Of a stretch of DNA of 64,000 nucleotides, positions 25,501 to 37,500 are shown in pieces (position 1 is the stretch's first letter; each line of letters opens with the position of its first letter). The position numbers and the translations under genes are program-made. A model generated the notes under the pieces. The model saw nothing but the letters and a program-made list of their open reading frames with translations, did no database searches and was not told the DNA's origin. Source of the DNA: Antedon mediterranea (lineage: Eukaryota; Animalia; Echinodermata); the NCBI RefSeq assembly GCF_964355755.1, contig NC_092671.1, positions 434,001-498,000 of the forward strand, written 5' to 3'.

Positions 25501-28500
25501 TCAGAACTAATCATGGCTGCCTTTAAATTTATCTTGATATAAAAAAGGATATTGAAAACTGTAATAATTGTGGAGATACTCAAATTCAATGTAACAGTTT
25601 ATAATCAAATTTTGATGTAACTTGATGACTAACTTCAAAGCTAAATTATGTTAACCATGTGACTCATTCAACATCAATTTTACAGAATTTTAAATGAAAA
25701 CAAAAATTAAAATGAGTGAATATGACAATTTAAGACAGAAATTATATAACTATAAATTATACAGTATATAAAGACAGTACAGTAAAACAAATGAATATAC
25801 TGCATATATACATTGAATACAGACAGTACAGTAAAAAAAATGAATATACTGCATATATACATTATACAGTATAAAGACAGTACAGTAAAACAAATGAATT
25901 GAATTGAATTGAATTGAAATTGAATTGAATTGAAATTTATATTTATACTGGGTAACCTCTTCAGTCAAAGACTGGTCTCCCAGAGGGCCCAGTTGGTGAT
26001 CAGTGGCTGTGATGTACTAATACACCGGGGTAACCCCCTACTCGTCTCGAAAGATGTACTAGGTTCTTTAAAGTGCACACGAGCTAGATGTGTACACTGG
26101 ACCTACGGTTTATAGTCCTTATCCGAGAAGACTCGTTCTACCACCAGAACCATGGAGCGAGTGAGCCTCGAACCCTTGCCAATGTTATGGCTACGTAATT
26201 ACGGTTCCACTGTCTTAACCGCTCGGCCACTCACTCACTCCCTTTATACTGCATATATACATTATACAGTATAAAGACAGTACAGTAAAACAAATGAATA
26301 TACTGCATATATACATTATACAGTATAAAGACAGTACAGTAAAACAAATGAATATACTGCATATATACATTATACAGTATAAAGACAGTACAGTAAAACA
26401 AATGAATATACTGCATATATACATTATACAGTATACAGACAGTACAGTAAAACAAATGAATATACTGCATATATACATTATACAGTATAAAGACAGTACA
26501 GTAAAACAAATGAATATACTGCATATATACATTATACAGTATACAGACAGTACAGTAAAACAAATGAATATACTGCATATATACATTATACAGTATAAAG
26601 ACAGTACAGTAAAACAAATGAATATACTGCATCAGTATAAAGACAGTACAGTAAAACAAATGAATATACTGCATATATACATTATACAGTATAAAGACAG
26701 TACAGTAAAACAAATGAATATACTGCATATATACATTATACAGTATACAGACAGTACAGTAAAACAAATGAATATACTGCATATATACATTATACAGTAT
26801 AAAGACAGTACAGTAAAACAAATGAATATACTGCATATATACATTATACAGTATATAAAGACAGTACAGTAAAACAAATGAATATACTGCATCAGTATAA
26901 AGACAGTACAGTAAAACAAATGAATATACTGCATATATACATTATACAGTATAAAGACAGTACAGTAAAACAAATTAGTATAAACAAAAACATCTTTTTG
27001 CAAGAAATTAATGTGAAATAAATGTAACTTAATTAACATCAGGAAACATTTGTGTTCTGTTTTATGTACTATATATTTTTTTAATTTTTATTTGTAAGGG
27101 GGTTAAATAGACTAGAGTAATCTATCCTATTATCAATTATGTTATATCTTGTCGTTTTCTGGTAATAAAAGTTGAATTAAGTATGGTAATCCTAACTTAA
27201 CTCTAACTTCTCTCCTCAGTGACAAGTCACAAATTGAGTGATAAAAACCTTATATAAACCATGGAGAAATGATTGCCTCCATATATAAACTAACATCTTT
27301 TTAATCAAACAACATGCTAAAATAACAATTAAAATAATACCTTCATTATAGTGCAGCAATCTGTCAGTATTAATTAGCTAAGTTTGTTAAAACATCTGTC
27401 GTCAGTAAACACCGCCTTGGCTGAATACTACTGCACAGCCTTTTAGTAAAATTAGCTGATAGTGGAATTCGTAAGGTATGCCAAGCATCTAGATAGCTAA
27501 ACTAAAGCAGGCTTGTTTCCCCATATAGGCATACTGCTTTGTCTCACCCAGTGATATCATTTTCAATCTATACTGCATCTATCTACAGTACAATATGGCC
27601 TAAAGCTAAGCCGGTGGGTAGATGTTTTACACAAGATAAATTGTAACTTTTTGGATGGACTTACACATATCAAATTACTATATGTGAATACGCGCATTTT
27701 ATGTTGACCATTGGATAGGATCTATGTTACATTCCTAACTCCCCAAGCATCCACATTAACTAATACTATCTCTGCATGAAGATGCACAAATCAATTGCTA
27801 CTTGCGAACATTGCAAAATCTAACATTATTATATCAATTATAATATTATGATGGCTGGACAGCAAGGTTTAATGTCATTATTATTATTATTCTGAATCCC
27901 AATTCAGGGGTGGATCTGGGGCAGTGCTTGGGTCGCACACAGCCCCCTTGTGACAGCTAAAATGAACTCTTTTTGATATTTATTTTTTAGACAATTACTA
28001 TGTTAGAGCTCCTGTTTAAAAAATCCTAGAGCACAGAAGAATGAATAATATTAGATATATAGCTCAATAAAAATGACTGAAATAATAACATCATATTATA
28101 CTGAATTGATTGATGTCGCTTAAATCAACAAAAACAAATATGAATTATTGACATAATAATTTAGTGAACATCTACAATATTAATGGTAGTTTTCTACATG
28201 ATGGAGATCATGCCTATAAAATTAGTATGCAACATATATAGCATAGTAATAGTAAATCACAATTAAAATTTGAACTTATTAAGCCAACCTCATATTATAA
28301 TGAGAGCTGTGAAGTTAATCACACCTAAGGCTGCCAGTAAAACTTCCAATGTCATATAGCTGATCATTACTAAACATAAGCAAATATTTTCTTTAAAAAA
28401 AAACTGGCTACAGAGAAATATTATTGAATGCCTAGCTGTGGATGCAACCTTCTCCGAGGGTAGAGGAGGAAAAAAAAGGCTAGGGGCCTAAATTGATCTA

Positions 28501-31500
28501 ATGCAAACCTCCAAAAACTTGGTCTACCCCATTCAGAATGTAAACTACATGCAGACAAAATTAACCTACTGCAACCCCTAATACAATCTGCATCATCCAC
28601 ATGCAAGCAAAATACATGGATAGGTTGATTTCAGTGTTTACAGTCTAAATAAAACTCTAGCACTACACTTTTGACAGAATACAACAAGTTAGTGTGATAT
28701 GACTGAAAATACTGAACTACTGTATGCGTATTAGGCATTGGTGACAGGTAATCGAACGTCACAAACATAGTATGACAACATTGGGTATTTCTTACTACTA
28801 TGACAGGAAATTAAAAAGGTTTTCTGCAGCAAAATAGTAATAGGATAATGCATTTAATGTCAAAATTATCCGTATCACATGCTTAATATCTAAAGTTTTA
28901 ACAGCAGCAACATTCATAATTTTCTTAAAGACTTAAAAACATAGGCATGTTATAATAATATTGATTCTAAAAATATGCAGTATTTAGTGTATACTACACT
29001 AGTTAATGTAAATGTAATAAAGTCATGATAGAGAAAATAAGCTAAATATCCCAATATCCTCTTACTTTAGATGAATATGAAGAATAGGATCCCGTAGATC
29101 CAGTACGGCTGCTAGAACTCCCGTACTTAGAACTATAAGATGGCGTAGAATAACGACCGTATGATCCGTACGACATCTTAATGAATTAACAAATACTTGC
29201 TGCTAGATTTAATATTGCACAGAAAATGTTCAAACTAATTTATGATTAGTCTTCAAGTTACGTCACATAGATCGTTTAGCTAATATATAAAGTGACAGAA
29301 GAATCTTCTCCAGTAATATTAGCGATATCAAAGGTGATAATATTTAAGACAGAATGTGATACAAAGTGTTGCATCCCACAAATTCCAATCAAATGAAGAC
29401 ACAGATTTATCCTGTTAATGTTGTTACACTGAGACTTGAGTAAAACGTAGCAATCTTGTCATTACACGGCTTCACCAACAAGTACCTGAAAACATCCTTT
29501 TTTTCAATATTGAATAGCAGGATTTTACACAGCTTAGCATAAATGTAGGTAATATTCTAAGCTGTATACGACAGCTTGCACTATTCCTACAGTAATACAC
29601 CGAATAGCTATATCCTTTCATCACACATTATTGCTATAGCCAGTCAACCAATCAGCTACAACCAATGATGATGTCACTGTTTCCAGGGTAACGAGAAAAG
29701 CTCCTTGAAAGAATGGGATTGCATTTCAGGAGTAGTATCTTTGTTTTTATGTTTCAGTAAAAAATAAAATCAATGTGCTATGATAGCAGATGATCCTTAG
29801 AGTGTTTTCAAGTATGATCCGTGCCTGACTAAGTTTGATTAACTCTTAACATGATGTCATACAACCTAAACCCCTTGTGTTAAATCTATATGAATGTAAC
29901 ACTGTACAAAACACTTAAACATGAAATGTATTCAAGTTAAACAACTCAAGTGAATTAACATTTTTCTTTTTTTCTGTTGTACTATGTAGTTTAAGGGGAA
30001 AGCTGCTTAATTAGTTGGCTTTTCCAAACTGTCTATAAAATAAAATAAACAACATAAAGTTTACATTGAGGAGCAAGCCAAATGGGATAACTTTGAATTT
30101 CAATCTATTCAAATTACTATTATAGATACTTAAAATAGATAGTCAAATGTTATCTTTTCCATTAACCTAATCTCTGCAATTAAAACAAGCATTTTACAAC
30201 ATTTAAAGCTCTCTAACTAGTAATACATTTGAGACCAACAAAATTGTAATCTCTTGCTCGGTTTAATGGCCATGCAGCCAGATAGCTTGACAAAAATCAT
30301 TTAATCAAATCAATAGTAATTTAACATGTGGCATCATCATGAATGCGTTACGTCTTGCGACATAGCTAACTTAACAACTTATCCAATCAGAGTGAATATT
30401 GGCCATGCAACATGTGTAAAGATATATTTATTGAAAAATGTCAACCGACAGCAATTGAGGAAGCAGCTATTGGACAATGGTTGAAATACAGTCTTTAAAA
30501 AAAGGATAGCAATAATACTATTACAAAGTAGTAAAATAAAAAATTCTTATTTAAATGTTTTCCACAGGAAGACCTTATTAATTATACAAGATTTGTGTAA
30601 TGTGTAAGTGTAACTAAGGTTATGTCATACAATGAACAAGGAATAACGATCTTATTGCTGTTTCCTTTGGACAAAAAACAAACAAATTAAGGGGCCTAGC
30701 CAGAGACTCCCTATACAATGTGTTGTTTGTCTCTTTTACACACAATATTTACTCTGATAATCGCATGAAAAATTGACTGTTGATACTATTTCATATTGGT
30801 CACAATGTGGAACTGTATAACCTTCATATAAAGTAACTCAAGCATATAACAAGTAGTAATCAAATAGCATAGCAGTTGTTTTAAAGCTCAGGTACAAGCA
30901 TGAATTTTAAATATAATATTTGGTTAATTGTACATAAATCAAATATTTGTAACAGAAATCGAGACAAAAAAAAATGAATTTCCCTTAATATAGTCAAATA
31001 CAAAATTTGGCAAAATTCTGCCATAAAAACCAGGAAGACTTTTTTTCAGTAGTTAGGTAGTTAACCTAATGTAATAACATATCTGGTGACTCCCTAGAAA
31101 GTGAAAAAAGATGGTGGATATACAGTGGATAATTTTTGCTATAGCAATAGCATGAAAATAAAAATCTGAAGTTGAATAAAAATATCAGAAATGTAATATT
31201 CAAGTTATATTACCTATATTTAGTCATCTGATAACATTTTTTACCACACTGTTTATTTTTCATAGCATTTTAAAATGCCTCTCTATTTACAAAATTTGTG
31301 TACAAAAGAATAGAGATTTTACTGTGTAATTTGAACTATCCTCCCACTGATAAGAAAGTGCTTATTTTCAACAAGCTCGTGTAACACAAATAAAATCCAA
31401 AAAATTATGAAACATAGGGGAAACTAAAGATCGATAATTATTGGAATGTATGATAAATAGAAATTTTTTGCCCGTACCTAGCCTTTAAGATTAAAATTAT

Positions 31501-34500
31501 GTTGCATGCTCGTCATATTTTGTTTAAAGAAGTATAGAAGTTTGTTGTTAGCATCAATGCATAATGTACACTGCTATAAAAATAATAGGTATAGTACCTA
31601 AATAAATATAATATATAAAATAATAAATTTCTTATTTGTAGCATAAGATACAATCTGGAGAGTAATTGAACACAAAATTGAATTACTGTGTTTTAGCATA
31701 CAAGTAGGTTGGACATGTTGTGTCTGTACAGTCAGCGCTGAACTGTATGGAATACGGTCTAGTGTACTCATTTAAAGTGTTCTTCTATCCAATCAAAACA
31801 ATTCTAAGAAGCAAAATTTATTTTAACGATAAACATTGTCCTATGTCTGAACACCCATTTTGTTTTCTCTTAGGTTTGCCATAACTCAATCATGGTGTGA
31901 GCATAGCTAAATATAATAACCTACACAATTTCATGGATAACTAGGTTATCAGCCTGATTAAACCTAAATAAACTATTCAATCACCTTGTTCATACATACC
32001 ACTAAATCATTCAGCCCTCAAAATCAGAAAAAAAAGGGTGCAAAAAATGTAATACTTTATTTTAGATCAGGCTTAGTTTATGTTTGTGTTACACTTTACA
32101 GCTGAATTCAATCTATCTAGCCTTCTATTTAAATAAATAAAATAAATAAGTAAGGAATTTTAGTATAAAAATAGTACAGAATTGTAGACACTAAAGCTAG
32201 GTAGATTTAACCTATTAAGCATTCAAAGTTGGTAATCTAGATAAAAATGACATTTTCACCTAGATTGGCGACCATCAACAGTGGCTTAATGAGTAGGTCA
32301 GGAGATACCTGGTTTGATATCCACAAGACACTGGTATGCACTTAATATTCAAGACATATAACCTCCTGTGTTATCATAATTCTGAGACACTAAGGGGGGC
32401 TAAATTGCTCTCTGTTGGTATATCCTAACTTTGTTTGAGCCTGTCCAATTACTGACAGGGATAACTGAGGAGGACATCTCAATATCAGTGGTTATTTAAT
32501 AAATGTACATTTCTGGAATGAATATGAATTAGCAGACACAATCTAGGCTAGAATTCACGAGTCAAAGATGTGAAAACATTGATCGTATTAAACTTTATGT
32601 GACAGAAAAAATGTGATGTGCCCATACATGGACATGATAATGTCATAACACTACCATATTTGGGTATACCACTACCATATTTGGGCACATCACACTTTTT
32701 CAAACTAGTTTGATAGTGTAGACAGAGCTTAATACTCAATTCAACTTTTTACAGAAATGATTGAATTGTAAATATACATGAGAAGCTGTATTATGGAATT
32801 TGCCTATGATACTGGACAAATATTGTCATATTTGGAGATACAGCACTGAGAATCTGGTGCTATATTTGATGTTTACTTTCCAATACATAACCCTGCCGTA
32901 TAGTAATTAATGCAATGCATTTCAAAGTAAGCTGCTCTAAGAGACATTCAGACATGGTGGCTACCGCCCTTTGCCAATATTAACCATAATGTCATAATCC
33001 ATTCAATTAAAGGTAATCTCTTGGACCTTTTCAACAACCAATGCATTGTAGAAACACATCAAAATAATAATTTGACATTTTCTATCATGACTCAAATGGA
33101 AGACAATTGATTTTATGAAAATGATTTCACATGAAAAGCTGATGATAGCAAATCAAAATAAATAAATCAAAATGTTACCTTTGTATCTTCTTCATCTTTA
33201 CTATCCTGAGATTCCTAAATGAACAGAAATGTGATTTTGGGTGAAAATTGTGTATGGAATAAAAGTAAAATACGCTTCCAAAACATATTGTAAGATATGA
33301 CAACTTGACACAACGGCAGCCACTAATAAGGTGAGCTACTATGAAGGACAAGGGGAGCCACTAATAAGGTGAGCTACTATGAAGGGCAAGGGGAGCCACT
33401 AATAAGGTGAGCTACTATGAAGGGCAAGGGGAGCCACTAATAAGGTGAGCTACTATGAAGGGTAAGGGGAGCCACTAATAAGGTGAGCTACTATGAAGGG
33501 CAAGGGGAGCCACTAATAAGGTGAGCTACTATGAAGGGCAAGGGGAGCCACTAATAAGGTGAGCTACTATGAAGGGCAAGGGGAGCCACTAATAAGGTGA
33601 GCTACTATGAAGGGCAAGGGGAGCCACTAATATGGTGAGCTACTATGAAGGGCAAGGGGAGCCACTAATAAGGTGAGCTACTATGAAGGGCAAGGGGAGC
33701 CACTAATAAGGTGAGCTACTATGAAGTGGAAGGAGAGCCACTAATAAGGTGAGCTACTATGAAGGGCAAGGGGGGCCACTAATAAGGTGAGCTACTATGA
33801 AGGGCAAGGGGAGCCACTAATAAGGTGAGCTACTATGAAGGGGAAGGGGAGCCACTAATAAGGTGAGCTACTATGAAGGGGAAGGAGAACCACTAATAAG
33901 GTGAGCTACTATGAAGGGGAAGGGGAGCCACTAATAAGGTGAGCTACTATGAAGGGCAAGGGGAGCCACTAATAAGGTGAGCTACTATGAAGGGCAAGGG
34001 GAGCCACTAATAAGGTGAGCTACTATGAAGGGCAAGGGGAGCCACTAATAAGGTGAGCTACTATGAAGGGCAAGGGGAGCCACTAATAAGGTGAGCTACT
34101 ATGAAGGGCAAGGGGAGCCACTAATAAGGTGAGCTACTATGAAGGGCAAGGGGAGCCACTAATAAGGTGAGCTACTATGAAGGGCAAGGGGAGCCACTAA
34201 TAAGGTGAGCTACTATAAAGGGGAAGGGGAGCCACTAATAAGGTGAGCTACTATGAAGGGCAAGGGGAGTCACTAATAAGGTGAGCTACTATGGAGGGCA
34301 AGGGGAGCCACTAATAAGGTGAGCTACTATGAAGGGCAAGGGGAGTCACTAATAAGGTGAGCTACTATGAAGGGCAAGGGGAGTCACTAATAAGGTGCGC
34401 TACTATGAAGGGCAAGGGGAGCCACTAATAAGGTGAGCTACTATAAAGGGGAAGGGGAGCCACTAATAAGGTGAGCTACTATGAAGGGCAAGGGGAGCCA

Positions 34501-37500
34501 CTAATAAGGTGAGCTACTATGAAGGGCAAGGGGAGCCACTAATAAGGTGAGCTACTATGAAGGGCAAGGGGAGCCACTAATAAGGTGAGCTACTATGAAG
34601 GGCAAGGGGAGCCACTAATAAGGTGAGCTACTAATAAGGTGAGCTACTATGAAGGGGAAGGGGAGCCACTAATAAGGTGAGCTACTATGAAGGGCAAGGG
34701 GAGCCACTAATAAGGTGAGCTACTATGAAGGGCAACGGAAGCCACTAATAAGGTGAGCTACTATAAAGGGCAACGGAAGCCACTAATAAGGTGAGCTTTT
34801 ATGAAGGGCAAGGGGAGCCAATAAAGTGTCCAGGGGTGTTCCCAGAATAGACGGTGGCATAGTGTTTAACACTTATATTCTTGTTTGTTTCACAAGATAT
34901 TGTCCACTTAATAGGGATGTTCCAAAGAATGGTTCTTTTGTTTGTTTTTATTTCATTAGATGATCCATGAACAAAAGGAAGTGGCAGTTTGGAATTTTTC
35001 TGGTTGATAGTCATACAACAAATAGGCGAAATAGGTTTCCAATATTACAAAGGTGTACACAAATTCAAATTATCAATTAACAATGCATTCCTCTACAAAT
35101 TATCTATAGAATATACTATTAGATAGAAAGAAGAGAAAATATAAATTTTATATAGAAGAACAACATAAAAATACACAAAAAACATGCAAAATACATACAA
35201 CATTAATGTGACTATGGGTATAATGTTACAACATGAATGATAGTACCATTGTGATGATGCGTTATGTTTAGTTCTCTTGTCTATGCATGGGTACAATATT
35301 TAGCTTAGTTTAGTTTTGATTACAATTGTTAGTTCTGTGTTATTAAAATTGTTTATAATTTACTAGTATAAGCTAATGTTTATTTCGCCTAAGGTATATT
35401 AACTACTGCTAACCAATTTGCATTTACTAAATACACTTTTATATTATTAATGCACTATTATGTTGGTCTATTGATCTACATTAAGAATGTAGAACACAAG
35501 ACAATATGAATATAAACAATTTACAAGCAAATACATTAAATTAGAAACCAACATAGGACCCTATTGCAATTAAGTTGTTTTTTTATTCGACTGTATAGGC
35601 TATCCTTGGAACAGCATAGGACCCTATTGCAATTAAGTTGTTTTGTCATTCGACTGTATAGGCTATCCTTGGTTTCTAATATAATGTATTTGCTTGTAAA
35701 TTGTTTGTATTCATATTGTCTTGTAACCTTATGTTGAAACCGAACAAAATCAAATCAAATACCCCTTAACAATACATTATAATGTACTTTCACATCTTAA
35801 GCGCTGTCTACACTATCAAACTTTATGTGAAAAAAATGCTCAATGATGTCCCTACCATATTTGGGCACATCACACTTTTTTTGTCAAACTAGTTTGATAG
35901 TGTAGACTGAGCTTTAAACTTTCACATTTTGTTGTTGGGATGTCAGTAAGTATTTACAGTAGTTCAAACACATCCTGGTTACTCTCAGTCCCTCCTCATT
36001 GCATCATATTCACCATAATTATAAATCATTTGTTTGTCTGTAATGACATACCTCATCTTCCAAACGTATAACACCTGTACCTCTCCTTTTAGCTCTCTGT
36101 TTCCGCCGTGCTATTGCGCTCGCCGATTTACGCTGAGAGGCAAAATCTTCATTTTCTGCTTCTGCATCTAGTAAACAAAATAGAAATAATAAGATGAAAA
36201 TGTATTTATTTAAAATTTGTTAACAAACAACTATTTAGTTAATCAATCAGTGGATCTTATTAATAAATTAGAAAGTTATTGACCTAGTAAGAGGAAATCC
36301 ACCAAGCATGTCAGGTTAAGGTCTATAATGCAGTAGTTGTATGCTGACAGTGTAACACCAAATATGTCTATGGTCATATAGCAATTGATTTAGAATATTG
36401 TCAAAATGCACTACACATTGACAAAATAGGTCAGGGTCACATGTGACATTGTATCACCTAATGTTTCTATGATACAGAAAATCCACTATTTTAGTATATT
36501 ATCAAAATGCACTGTACCTTTAACATTATTATTGCTGCCATTAGTATAGCTGGAACCATAACGACTACTTCTTTGAATGGTAGATGGAGCAGGGGCATCT
36601 CCACTGCTACCTGCTGTTCTGTTTAGCCTAGCTGTCACAGTAATTGGTTCTTCCTGCTCAGTTCAGAGAAAAATTACCATTACACTTAAGTACTTACTAC
36701 ACTTATACTTAAGTTGTGTAACAGCAACATATTATGTATATTTTTATAGGGATTAGTAACCAACATGCTTTATCATTAAATTACACACTTATCATACTTG
36801 TACTTTAGTTGCATTTTTCTTTATATTAGTTTGTGCTCAAGTTGGATCGTTTTAGAGCCAACATAGAATAAATGTACCAACTCATAAGATTAATAAGCTA
36901 AGAAACTAAGATACAGTATTATAAAATAAGCTACTGATTTGTTAATGTTAGTACACACTATAACACTTTAAGATATGACAATTGTATCTTTAAACACATT
37001 TGTTATCTCTCATTATTTCCTTGTTATTTTTAGTTAGTTAGTAATGAACATGCCTTAATCTAGATCAGCACACATTTGTATTCTAGTTGTGTAGTTGCAA
37101 ATTAGGTTGTGCATAGAGCCTATGTATACCATCAGCAACCTGATAAGCTTTCATCCACATACAACAGCAAGTAACTTGCAAAATACTGGGTGGATAAACT
37201 CTAAACATCCTTAAACTACTAAGTGTAAGTATTTTAGTAAGTAAGCAAGCGGAGTAGAAACAATCGTGAGTTACAACCCTGGCACTAGGTCAGGATTGAA
37301 CTCTGGAGCTTGCAAGGCAAGCATGTTAACCACCAAGATAAAGCTCCACTACAAATTAGTATTTAGTTTAACAGTCCTAAAAATATTATAAATTAACCTA
37401 AAATCTTTAAAATATATTGTTGAAATATTAATGTTTTCCTTGTTATTTCGACGAGAACTGAATGAATGGCAACATAATGTATGTTATTTAAACTACGTAT

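Noticed and set aside
26155-26242. tRNA gene
   Set aside because: The tRNA-like A/B boxes continue into a SINE body and microsatellite tail; no clean cloverleaf or poly-T terminator.
35093-35296. Hydrophobic ORF as another PPP1R12 terminal exon
   Set aside because: The nearest acceptor (35334) is out of frame and there are upstream stops; likely T-rich intron noise.
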